A DNA stretch of 64,000 nt from a virus (taxonomy: Duplodnaviria; Heunggongvirae; Uroviricota; Caudoviricetes): positions 15,486 through 79,485 of the IMG/VR virus record IMGVR_UViG_2740892219_000010. The stretch is one strand, 5' to 3'. The translations under genes and the position numbers were made by a program. Below, piece by piece: positions 30,370 to 39,133 of the stretch; position 1 is the first letter of the stretch, and the number at the start of each line of letters is the position of its first letter. The notes under the pieces are model-generated. The model was not told the origin of the DNA. It searched no databases and worked only from the letters and a program-made list of their open reading frames with translations.

Positions 30370-30774
30370 TCACCTACCCTTAGTTTCGTTATAGTCACGC
30401 CCAGCGATACGGTTATTACCGCCAGAAATATTTAACTCACGTCCTGATGGCTGAGTTTCCTTTTCACTGGCCGCACCTTTTAAAGCCCCGATCACCGCGT
30501 TTTTCACATCTAACGAAGCTGCTCGAAAGCGAGTAATCAACTCCTGCTCATCATCGTTATAAGTTTCAGGTGAGTGAATTCCCAACACAACATACTGAAC
30601 ATCAAGGCCAAAACGAGACAGCGCTGCCAAATACGCAGCATCAGGAAAGCTATCTCCTTTCTCATATCTAAGCTGAGTTAGCTTTTTGACTCCACCAATG
30701 TCGCTCATAGCAACTTGACTAAGTCCCAATCTTTCCCTTTCCTCACGCAACCTCTGACCAATATCATTTTTCAT
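30370..30774 (-). CDS. Immunity repressor, HTH XRE family (P2 C position)
   Basis: 134 aa; N-terminal HTH (LGLSQVAMSDIGGVKKLTQLRYEKG); divergent from cox-like operon. Confidence 0.6.
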   Translation of the reverse strand: MKNDIGQRLREERERLGLSQVAMSDIGGVKKLTQLRYEKGDSFPDAAYLAALSRFGLDVQYVVLGIHSPETYNDDEQELITRFRAASLDVKNAVIGALKGAASEKETQPSGRELNISGGNNRIAGRDYNETKGR

Positions 30775-30783
30775 ACAAAAACC

Positions 30784-30807
30784 TTGACAGGTATCTTTTT
30801 TGATACC
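30784..30807 (+). promoter_or_regulatory. Candidate early promoter with embedded operator palindrome
   Basis: TTGACA at 30784-30789 followed by GGTATC-N6-GATACC, in the repressor/cox intergenic region. Confidence 0.35.
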
Positions 30808-30849
30808 AAAATGATTTCACGAGCTATTAGATGATCACAATATATCACT

Positions 30850-31056
30850 ATGAAACAAGTTCTTCACGATACCAGATCACGCATTCCGCGTAACACCGCC
30901 ACAGGTCCAAGACTGGCACTTCGGATGTCCCTCGAGGAGCGAGCCGTCATTGATGAAATGGCAGCTAAAGAACAACGCTCATCCTCTAACATGGCGCGCA
31001 TGATCTTCCTTCGCGGCCTAGAGCTAACCCAGAAAGAACAAAACAAATCTTCCTGA
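30850..31056 (+). CDS. Small putative DNA-binding early protein
   Basis: 68 aa, first gene of the early-right operon. Confidence 0.35.
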   Translation: MKQVLHDTRSRIPRNTATGPRLALRMSLEERAVIDEMAAKEQRSSSNMARMIFLRGLELTQKEQNKSS

Positions 31057-31072
31057 TCAGGAGGCTAATGGG

Positions 31073-31276
31073 ATGTCAGGTATAACCATCAATATCAATG
31101 TGAATGCCCCCTATGTATCCCTGCAGAAATATGCAGAGATAACAGGTATCCCTCTTAATACATGCAAAAAGATGTTGGCTGACGGTCGAATTATTATCCG
31201 ACCCAAACGCGCCAAAATGGAAAAGCCTGAAGTAAACCTTGTGGCGATGTTAAAAGACGCTTTGGCTAACAGCTAA
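31073..31276 (+). CDS. cox: Cox-like excisionase / early regulator
   Basis: 67 aa; APYVSLQKYAEITGIPLNTCKKMLADGRIII parallels recalled P2 Cox. Confidence 0.5.
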   Translation: MSGITININVNAPYVSLQKYAEITGIPLNTCKKMLADGRIIIRPKRAKMEKPEVNLVAMLKDALANS

Positions 31277-31297
31277 AACAATGAACAGAGCATCATC

Positions 31298-31648
31298 ATG
31301 AAAAAAAACACTAATATTCCATACTCCAAATTTCGTAATGGCGTAGAACGCCACGCTAACCGTTTCGCTATCAGAACATCACGTAGCAACACTCGCTACA
31401 GCCTGAGCGAAACACACGCTACACCTGATGGCCATCCCGTAAAACAAATTGGTGAACACACCTGGCTGATTGAGAAAGCTGGAATCGTGGTTCACAGATG
31501 CCAACGCAACCCATTTACCGGAAACCGCATTTTTGCTCTGAGCAACGGCGACAATCAGTTTGGACAGGATTTCACGTTGTACGAAGCTCTGCGCACGGTT
31601 GATCGTCTGCTACGCGGACAGAATTTCATTAAACAGGCTGATTTATAA
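31298..31648 (+). CDS. Hypothetical early protein
   Basis: 116 aa ORF in early operon. Confidence 0.4.
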   Translation: MKKNTNIPYSKFRNGVERHANRFAIRTSRSNTRYSLSETHATPDGHPVKQIGEHTWLIEKAGIVVHRCQRNPFTGNRIFALSNGDNQFGQDFTLYEALRTVDRLLRGQNFIKQADL

Positions 31649-31658
31649 CAGGTGCTTT

Positions 31659-31937
31659 ATGACCAAAGACCATGCTCAGGGTGTATTTATCCGCTTTATT
31701 GATTTTCGCGGTGAGCTGTTGTTGCGCGCATCAGCTATTGATGGAGTGGTTCCGGTAGATAAAAGCACGGCCACTTACATTTATCTGAACGGCACACGCC
31801 TGACCGTAGAGATTCCATATCAACCCGTATGCGAAATTATTAGCGAAGCTGAAAAAGCACGTCAGGTTAATGGCGATAAACCCTATCTCGAAATTATCTG
31901 CATGGATTCAGAAGCTGAAATTCAGAAGGCAGATTAA
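31659..31937 (+). CDS. Hypothetical early protein
   Basis: ATG at 31659 (MTKDHAQG), in frame with track ORF 31560. Confidence 0.4.
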   Translation: MTKDHAQGVFIRFIDFRGELLLRASAIDGVVPVDKSTATYIYLNGTRLTVEIPYQPVCEIISEAEKARQVNGDKPYLEIICMDSEAEIQKAD

Positions 31938-31948
31938 AGGGCGTTGCG

Positions 31949-32191
31949 ATGGATAAAGAATATAAAACTCTCGTCAATAAAGCACTTGAGCGCTTTCATT
32001 TTCGCTTAAACGCATCAGGCGCTCATGCTGAACGCGCAGCCCGAGAGTCATTGACCAGAGCTATCAAGAGTATATACGACACGGCTTTTTACGTTGACGA
32101 CCCGGACGCGCTCGACGAGCTTTCCGTACTCGTCTGCGCCGCAGAAAACGGGGACCATATTGAGCCATATAAACTGGGAAATATTGCATGA
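31949..32191 (+). CDS. Hypothetical early protein
   Basis: 80 aa ORF. Confidence 0.4.
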   Translation: MDKEYKTLVNKALERFHFRLNASGAHAERAARESLTRAIKSIYDTAFYVDDPDALDELSVLVCAAENGDHIEPYKLGNIA

Positions 32192-32387
32192 GTATATTTA
32201 TCTCATGGCTTGTTCTGATTATTTCGGTGGCCTGCGCTATTGGGATTATGCGAATTATTAATTCAGTAAAAAAGATTGAACGCTTTTTCACTGAAGAATA
32301 ACCGCGCAAATAAGACTCCAGGTTAAATAAGAAAATGTGAAAACAATCCGCATTCGCGGAGGTATTCGCACACGCCAAGGAGGCGTA

Positions 32388-32591
32388 ATGGCAATTAAGC
32401 ATTTTCCTGTCGTTCGTTTCACCTCCAGAGGACGTGAATACGAAGTTGACGAACGCCTGATTACCACAATCGACAAACACCGTTCAGAAAAGGATGCACA
32501 TCACATCTATCTCACTGACGGTACTTACTTCTGCGCCACCAACGTGGTGCAGGTGAATCTTATCAGACAGGTACAGGAGTCACGCAGATGA
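32388..32591 (+). CDS. Hypothetical early protein
   Basis: ATG at 32388 preceded by RBS aaggagg; overlaps next gene start. Confidence 0.45.
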   Translation: MAIKHFPVVRFTSRGREYEVDERLITTIDKHRSEKDAHHIYLTDGTYFCATNVVQVNLIRQVQESRR

Positions 32592-32833
32592 CCATTCTGG
32601 ACTACATCGCTGCCAATCCGGGTTGTAGCGGTGGAGAAATCGCCGCAGCACTGAATACACCAACCACAACCATTAATGCGGAGCTACGCCGTCTCTGGCG
32701 CAGCGGTTCAGTCATAAGAAAAGAGCGCAAAACAGGCGGTCGCTTTTCTTATCAGGTAAACCCGATGCCGTTTGGGTGTAGCAACCCACTAACCCAGATG
32801 TTCAACCAGCTACTGAGGGAAATCAGAGCATGA
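32588..32833 (+). CDS. Small winged-helix-like protein
   Basis: 81 aa ORF. Confidence 0.4.
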   Translation: MTILDYIAANPGCSGGEIAAALNTPTTTINAELRRLWRSGSVIRKERKTGGRFSYQVNPMPFGCSNPLTQMFNQLLREIRA

Positions 32834-32974
32834 GCACCTCCTGCTGCCGGAAACCACGTCGGGCTTCAGCAGCTCATCCGGCAGCAAAACAAACTCCGTT
32901 AATTCCTGTTCCGGGCCTTTCCTGCACCTTGCGGCGGGAGGCCTTCGCACATCTGCAACAAGAGGATTGCCGCA

Positions 32975-33340
32975 ATGATTCTCGCCGAAGACTTTTTTGA
33001 TTACCTGCTGAAAACCGAGCGCGATTTTGGTATTCGCGTTCTCGACCGCTATGCAATGTATCTGAAATCACTGCCGGAACAGCAGCTCCCGGACGGCCAG
33101 ATTGTTATTGACGGGCGCTACATGGTTGGTAGCTGCCAGGATGATTACACACTTTCCCGCATCGAAAGCGGCACGCCTTCCGTACTGGGTATTTACCAGC
33201 GAACTTCATTTCTGATTGCTGATGTAATTGCTGACAGCATTCGCATAACACACCGTTATGCCAGCACAGAGAGCACCATGCAGGAAATCCAGCGGCTGGC
33301 TACCGTCTGCCACAATGCACTGAGCGGCAAGGCGGAGTAG
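32975..33340 (+). CDS. Hypothetical early protein
   Basis: 121 aa immediately upstream of gene A. Confidence 0.4.
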   Translation: MILAEDFFDYLLKTERDFGIRVLDRYAMYLKSLPEQQLPDGQIVIDGRYMVGSCQDDYTLSRIESGTPSVLGIYQRTSFLIADVIADSIRITHRYASTESTMQEIQRLATVCHNALSGKAE

Positions 33341-33345
33341 TCAGC

Positions 33346-36168
33346 GTGGCAACGGAGTACATCAGAAACTGGCAACAACCACGCCATGCAGTCGGTCGCG
33401 AGGGAACGGGGGAGCCTGTCCGCCCCTCCCTTCTTTCTTCCTGGCTGGATGCCTACCGGGCAGAGAACGAGCGCCGCCAGGAAATGGCTGATGCGGCGTT
33501 CTCCGCCACGCCGCTGGGCAATTTGATTAATAAAAACCTGGACGCACAGGAAAAACAGGACAAAGCCATCACACTGGCAAGAGAAGCCAGAAAACAGGCG
33601 TGTGGCGCGGTGGATGAAGCAATTGCCGCACTGCGCCTGCTGCCGTCCTATCTGCGAGATCCGCTTATCCGCCATCTCTCTTTCCTGCGCAAAAAACAGG
33701 AATCCGATCGTCAGAAAGGCAAAAAGAGCTGGCAGGCTGAACGCTACGCGCGCGGAACCCTGCGCAAAATATTCGAACGTCTGGAGCGCACCGACAGACG
33801 CTGGCTGACACCGGGTTATCGCTCCCTTGCCGGGCGTGAACGCCTGGATGATTTACTTTACCTGCCGCAGCTCAACAAACACCAGATACAGACGCTGGCC
33901 GTCATGACAGCGGCGATGTTCAGCAGCACCTTCGAAAAACTCTGCGATGACTTTGGCGCGACCGATGGCGAGCTGACCATGGATATAACGCTGAAGGCGT
34001 ATCAGATGCTGGCCCGCATGGCGTTACATCTGCACACAGTGCCGCCGCATTATGACGCACTGACAACAGACAAAGACCGGAAGAACGAACCGGACACGGA
34101 GCTGCTGCCGGGTGCAATCCTCCGCCTGACCTGTGCGGACTGGTGGAAACGCAAATTGTGGCTTTTACGTTGCGAATGGAGAGAGGAACAACTCCGCGCT
34201 GCCTGTCTGGTTTCCAGAAAAACATCCCCCTATCTGAGTCAGGACGCATTAAGTGAATTTCGCGCACAGCGCGAGAAAACACGCGATTTCCTGAAAAGTT
34301 TCATGCTGGAAAATGAAGACGGGTTCACGATTGATCTTGAGACGGTGTATTACGCGGGAGTAAGTAACCCGGTCCACCGTAAGGCAGAAATGATGGCCAC
34401 CATGAAGGGGCTGGAACTTCTGGCCGAAGCCCGTGGCGACAAAGCGGTATTTCTGACCGTTACCTGCCCGTCAAAATATCACGCAACAACGGAGAACGGT
34501 CATCCGAATCCCAAATGGAACGGCGCCACCATGCGCGATTCCAGCGATTACCTGGTTAACACTTTTTTTAAGGCAGTCCGCAAAAAACTGAACCGCGACG
34601 ACCTGCGCTGGTATGGTATCCGCACGGTGGAGCCACACCATGACGGCACCGTGCACTGGCACATGATGGTCTTTGCACATCCTGAAGAAATCGACAGCAT
34701 CGTGGACATCACCCGTGATATTGCCATTCGCGAAGACCGCCACGAGCTGGGCAATGACATAACTCCGCGCTTTAAGGCAGAGTACGTCGACGGTTCGAAA
34801 GGTACGCCGACCAGCTACATCGCCACCTACATCGGAAAGAACCTGGACAGCCGCGCCGTGGATGGCATTGACCCGAAAACAGGCAAGCCACGCGTTGATC
34901 ACGAAACCGGAAAATCAATGACCGAGAGCGTGGAACGCGCCATCGGCTGGGCGCGCCTTCACCGCGTCCGCCAGTTCCAGTTCTTTGGTATCCCCTCCCG
35001 TCAGGTATGGCGTGAACTCCGCCGCCTTGCCAGTCAGATGGCCCGCAACCCGGAAGGTCCACAACGTCTGGAAAATGACGCAATGGATGCGGTACTCGCT
35101 GCCGCTGATGCCGGGTGTTTTGCCACCTACATTGAGAAACAGGGGGGCGTACTTGTTCCACGCAAGGATTACCTGATTCGCACCGCCTACGACCTCGCAG
35201 AAGAGCTGAACGATTACGGCGAGCAAAGCGTACAGATTTACGGGATCTGGTCGCCACAAATCGGGGAATCTTCCCGCGTGTGCACGCACCCGGATAACTG
35301 GAAGCTGGTAAGACGTAAACCGGAAGCGGAAGACAGCGCCCGCGAAAATGGTTTTGACCTTCAGGGCGGCCCTGCCGCCCCTTGGACTCGTGGCAATAAC
35401 TGTCCCCGTGTACAGGAAACGGACAACAACGGGACAGAACAGCCGGAAGAACGGCCAGCACCGTGGCCGCAGCTTCCTGACGGCGTTGAAGTGAATGAAT
35501 GGATGCGCTCACTGAAACGGCACGAACGCCGGGCGCTGATGCGTTCGCTGCGTGACAAACAGGCAAAAAACAGCAGTGATGAAATGCAGAACTGGACACA
35601 GAGCCGCAAACAGCCGCGGCCTTTGCCTGATAACCACGAGTTACTCGCTAAAGAATGGCGGGAGTCTGCCGAATCTCTCGGCCTGCATATCGGTAAACAA
35701 CAGATGCTGCACCTGTTACGGGGCGGCAGTCTGTACGTTGACGGCAGCATCATTGCGCCGCAGGGATATGAAATTGTACGTAAACCGGATACCCGACCGG
35801 ACAGCCGAATCACGCAGCTCTGGCAGCGCCTGAGCCGTAATCACAGCGTAAGCAGCACGGAGATCCGCCATAACCCGGTTTCCAGCTATCTGAAACAGCT
35901 CGGTGCATCAGACCCAGAAGCCGCCGCACGCCTGGCATCCACACTTCAGCAGGACCAGAACACCATGAAAACCCCCGTTACCGTGCTTTCTGACATGCTG
36001 CGCGCCATCCGTGACGCAGAGCACGCACAGAGAATCAGTGAAACCACTGAACGCGCCCACCGCAAAGCAGACCTGCTGCGGGGTGGCCTGACCCGTGGGA
36101 ACAAAAAACAGACAGAAACGGGATTCACAAATCCCGTAAATGAGCAAAAAACGCGCCGCGAAATATGA
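33346..36168 (+). CDS. A: Replication initiation protein, P2 gpA family (HUH rolling-circle initiator)
   Basis: 940 aa; HDGTVHWHMMVF motif typical of gpA-like HUH endonucleases; GTG start with RBS. Confidence 0.8.
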   Translation: MATEYIRNWQQPRHAVGREGTGEPVRPSLLSSWLDAYRAENERRQEMADAAFSATPLGNLINKNLDAQEKQDKAITLAREARKQACGAVDEAIAALRLLPSYLRDPLIRHLSFLRKKQESDRQKGKKSWQAERYARGTLRKIFERLERTDRRWLTPGYRSLAGRERLDDLLYLPQLNKHQIQTLAVMTAAMFSSTFEKLCDDFGATDGELTMDITLKAYQMLARMALHLHTVPPHYDALTTDKDRKNEPDTELLPGAILRLTCADWWKRKLWLLRCEWREEQLRAACLVSRKTSPYLSQDALSEFRAQREKTRDFLKSFMLENEDGFTIDLETVYYAGVSNPVHRKAEMMATMKGLELLAEARGDKAVFLTVTCPSKYHATTENGHPNPKWNGATMRDSSDYLVNTFFKAVRKKLNRDDLRWYGIRTVEPHHDGTVHWHMMVFAHPEEIDSIVDITRDIAIREDRHELGNDITPRFKAEYVDGSKGTPTSYIATYIGKNLDSRAVDGIDPKTGKPRVDHETGKSMTESVERAIGWARLHRVRQFQFFGIPSRQVWRELRRLASQMARNPEGPQRLENDAMDAVLAAADAGCFATYIEKQGGVLVPRKDYLIRTAYDLAEELNDYGEQSVQIYGIWSPQIGESSRVCTHPDNWKLVRRKPEAEDSARENGFDLQGGPAAPWTRGNNCPRVQETDNNGTEQPEERPAPWPQLPDGVEVNEWMRSLKRHERRALMRSLRDKQAKNSSDEMQNWTQSRKQPRPLPDNHELLAKEWRESAESLGLHIGKQQMLHLLRGGSLYVDGSIIAPQGYEIVRKPDTRPDSRITQLWQRLSRNHSVSSTEIRHNPVSSYLKQLGASDPEAAARLASTLQQDQNTMKTPVTVLSDMLRAIRDAEHAQRISETTERAHRKADLLRGGLTRGNKKQTETGFTNPVNEQKTRREI

Positions 36169-36213
36169 AGCGCGCACAAAACAGGCAAAAGCGGGATTTC
36201 AGAATCCCGTAAA
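36119..36213. promoter_or_regulatory. Pair of 18-bp palindromes flanking the gene A stop (candidate operator or parC-like site)
   Basis: cgggattcacaaatcccg-taaa (36119-36140) and cgggatttcagaatcccg-taaa (36192-36213), about 73 bp apart. Confidence 0.45.
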
Positions 36214-36244
36214 CGATTAATTAATCAACATAAGGAAAATCGAC

Positions 36245-37204
36245 ATGAAAATTTGCATCGACGACGGCTCCACCAACATCAAGCTGGCATGGACTGAGAA
36301 CGGCGAACGCCGCAACGCCATCAGCCCGAACAGCTTCAAGTCGGAATGGTCTGCGCCGTTCGGTGGCTCGCAGCCTGCGAACTACCTGCTTGATGGCGTG
36401 CGCTATGGTTTTGATCCGGTCAGCGATCGCTTTGTCCAGACGACCGACACGCAATACCAGTACAGCGATGTGAATGTAATCGCCATTCACCACGCACTGG
36501 TCAAATCAGGCATCACACCACAGGAAGTGGATGTGGTTGTCACCCTGCCACTGAGCGAATATTTCGACACAAACGCACAGCCGGACATGGCCAACATCAA
36601 CCGCAAAAAAGCGAACGTCATGCGCCCGGTGGAGTACCAGAACGGTGAGGCATTCACTATCCGTAACGTGCGGGTTATGCCTGAATCCATTCCGGCTGGC
36701 TTTAAGGCACTGGCTGACATGAGTCCGTTTGAATCCCTGCTGATTGTGGATTTGGGCGGAACCACGCTGGATGTGGCAAAGGTTCAGGGGCAACTGGCAG
36801 GCATCAGCCAGGTGTTTTGCGATCCACACGTAGGCGTTTCCCTGATGGCTGATGCCGTGCTGTCGGTGATGGCCACTAACGGTATGCGTACCAGTCACCA
36901 CATCGCCAATACCATTATTGAGCACCGTCACGATGAAGCCTGGCTACGCCAGCACATTCACAATGACGCGCATTACAACAGCCTGATGGCGGTTATTCGT
37001 GAAAAGGAGGAGACACTGAAACAACGCGTGATCCGCGCACTCGCGGGCTTTTCGGGTTACGGGCGGGTGCTGGTTGTCGGTGGAGGAGCGGAGATTGTGG
37101 CACCCGCAGTCCGTGAAGTCTATGGAGTCAATGCGAATTTCATCACAGACGGGGTGCCACAGTTTGCTCTGGTTAACGGTCTGTACGCTATGGATAAGGA
37201 GTAA
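36245..37204 (+). CDS. parM: Actin-like ATPase, ParM/StbA family
   Basis: 319 aa; IDDGSTNIKL, YSDVNV, VDLGGTTLDV, VVGGGAEI and FALVNGLY align with recalled plasmid R1 ParM. Confidence 0.8.
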   Translation: MKICIDDGSTNIKLAWTENGERRNAISPNSFKSEWSAPFGGSQPANYLLDGVRYGFDPVSDRFVQTTDTQYQYSDVNVIAIHHALVKSGITPQEVDVVVTLPLSEYFDTNAQPDMANINRKKANVMRPVEYQNGEAFTIRNVRVMPESIPAGFKALADMSPFESLLIVDLGGTTLDVAKVQGQLAGISQVFCDPHVGVSLMADAVLSVMATNGMRTSHHIANTIIEHRHDEAWLRQHIHNDAHYNSLMAVIREKEETLKQRVIRALAGFSGYGRVLVVGGGAEIVAPAVREVYGVNANFITDGVPQFALVNGLYAMDKE

Positions 37205-37210
37205 CCCTCC

Positions 37211-37522
37211 ATGGCGACATTAACCAGAAGAATAAGTTTCTATCTGAAGCCAGCCGCCGTCAAGAACGAAGGCGAAGCATGCGCCTAGCTGGACAGCCTT
37301 ACACCAGAAGCCCGCAAAAGCGGCCAGCGCGTGGCTTTTCTGGCCGGGCTGGCACTTCTGAAGATGAATCCGGCAGAGGCTTACCGACTGGCTGCATGGG
37401 CTGATGATGAAGCGTTATCAGTGACACAAACCAGGACAGAATCCCCCGCGTCACAGCCAGTATCAACCGCACAGATAACCAGTCAGATAGCAGGGAATAT
37501 CCGGGCATTATTTCCTGAATGA
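37211..37522 (+). pseudogene. parR: ParR-like gene interrupted by an in-frame amber codon
   Basis: Frame from ATG 37211 (MATLTRRISFYLKP...) hits TAG at 37286-37288 and continues in frame (LDSLTPEARK..AFLAGLALL..IRALFPE); outline resembles recalled R1 ParR. Confidence 0.5.
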
Positions 37523-37582
37523 CGAATTTGACGGCTTTTAATTTTATCGGGGTGCACTGTCGCCCCGCACGAGGAAAACACG

Positions 37583-38107
37583 ATGAAAAAATACGAATAC
37601 ATGCTAATGAAAGAAGCACTGCGGGCTGGTCTGGCTCCCTGTCCTGTATCCGTAGAAGCTGTTGTTGGGAACACGATTTTCCGAACGCTGCGAAATCGCG
37701 TATCCGTGAAGATGATTCACCAACCACCCAAATCTACCAGCATGATCTATCTGCCGCTGCCCGAGGCTATCAAACTTATGCGTTCGCTGAAATTTGCGAT
37801 TTGGATGCAGACACAACTCAACAAAGCGGTGCAAAACACCTTCGTCAAGAAACTGATGCCGGAGCTTGCTGCCAGACGTGCAAAATGTACCAGACCCGCA
37901 CTTCAATTTGATCTGTCATTGATTCAACAAGCTACGGAGGCAGAACTGTACCGCCTGTCACCTCTCCGCGATGCTCACACGGAAGCCTCAGAAATGTTCC
38001 GGCTCATGTTTCAATTTAATTTTGCCGTTCGACGCACACGCGTTCAGGTCAATCGCATGATGCAGGCGCAGGAAGAGCTGGCGCAACACAAAGGAGACAA
38101 CCAGTGA
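37583..38107 (+). CDS. Hypothetical protein (hotspot cargo)
   Basis: 174 aa with RBS gaggaaa; no recognised motif. Confidence 0.5.
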   Translation: MKKYEYMLMKEALRAGLAPCPVSVEAVVGNTIFRTLRNRVSVKMIHQPPKSTSMIYLPLPEAIKLMRSLKFAIWMQTQLNKAVQNTFVKKLMPELAARRAKCTRPALQFDLSLIQQATEAELYRLSPLRDAHTEASEMFRLMFQFNFAVRRTRVQVNRMMQAQEELAQHKGDNQ

Positions 38108-38643
38108 GCAAGATTGACTATCAGGCACTACAAATGGCAGCAGAACGGGCAATTCCGGCAATGGAACGCCTGTTAATATTGCCAGTTGATGATGATTTGT
38201 TAAGCGAACAGGAACTTAAAGATTGCGGTGTGGATATTGACGCGATCAACACCTTCAGACTTCTGGCTGGACCGGAAGACATGCTGGCACTGCTGGATGA
38301 ACTGGAAACAGCAAAAAAGCGCATCGCTGAACTGGAAAAAATCGCAACTGACCATGCACTTAAATTCCAGAAAGCACAGGACGCATTAAAGTATGCCGCT
38401 TTGCTGCATAGCCGAACGGCGCAACAAACCAATAATTTTGCAGTATTGCTTTCGGACATAAGCGAATATTTCATTAATAACGTATTTCAGCCCTTGCGAT
38501 ACGAGCGAGACGTTGAAAGAGCCATCATAAAGGCTGGCGGAAAAGCATTGTGGCAGGAGAAGCACGAGGAAAGAACGCATCAGCTAAGTGATGTAAATAG
38601 TGGATGGTTATGCCCACTGACAGAAGGTAAAAAGAACACCTAA
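38104..38643 (+). CDS. Hypothetical protein (hotspot cargo)
   Basis: 179 aa; GTG start overlapping previous stop, RBS aaggag; followed by a 9-bp-stem hairpin at 38657-38682. Confidence 0.5.
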   Translation: MSKIDYQALQMAAERAIPAMERLLILPVDDDLLSEQELKDCGVDIDAINTFRLLAGPEDMLALLDELETAKKRIAELEKIATDHALKFQKAQDALKYAALLHSRTAQQTNNFAVLLSDISEYFINNVFQPLRYERDVERAIIKAGGKALWQEKHEERTHQLSDVNSGWLCPLTEGKKNT

Positions 38644-39133
38644 TTTCCTCTCAAACCAGGGCGATAATCGCGCATCGCCCTGCTGCACAATAGTGCACAA
38701 ATTTGCACAATTTTTTTGAACGACTTTTTGCCCTTCCGGCCCGCGTGGCGGCTGGATCCGTCAAGGATCCGTGCGTGCACAAAAAAACGCGTTTTTTCTG
38801 CGCGCAGGTGACGGGGGAACAGCCCGCGTTTCAGGGGGTAAATAGCATCCCCTGAACGATGTCGCAGAGACACAACAGAATGGCCGTATTTCTCACGCTG
38901 AGCGTGAAAAATACGTGAGGGATTCTGATTTGATGGGGTGAAAGGTAAGGCCGTCAAAATCGCACTGAGGCGGCGAGAACATGCAGTCAACGCGGTGGGA
39001 TTGAGTAAGAGTCTGACCGTCGATGGTGGCGATAAACTGGAAGGCGTCGTGAAATTATCTGACTGATACAGGAGCTGGAGAGTCGGGGCATAAATTTTTA
39101 TGCCCCGGCGAAGCAGCAGACAAGCGAAGCGCG

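Noticed and set aside
34772-35599. Minus-strand 275-aa ORF inside gene A, and similar long antisense ORFs inside P (40537-41859), T (55994-56611) and H
   Set aside because: They lie wholly within strongly supported genes on the opposite strand, have Arg/Ser/Pro-rich low-complexity composition and no start context; treated as GC-rich antisense artefacts.
38650-39130. Calling a precise P2-type cos site
   Set aside because: The region is in the expected place, between cargo and portal Q, and has a 9-bp-stem hairpin and G-rich stretches, but I could not match the cohesive-end sequence confidently from memory; left unannotated.
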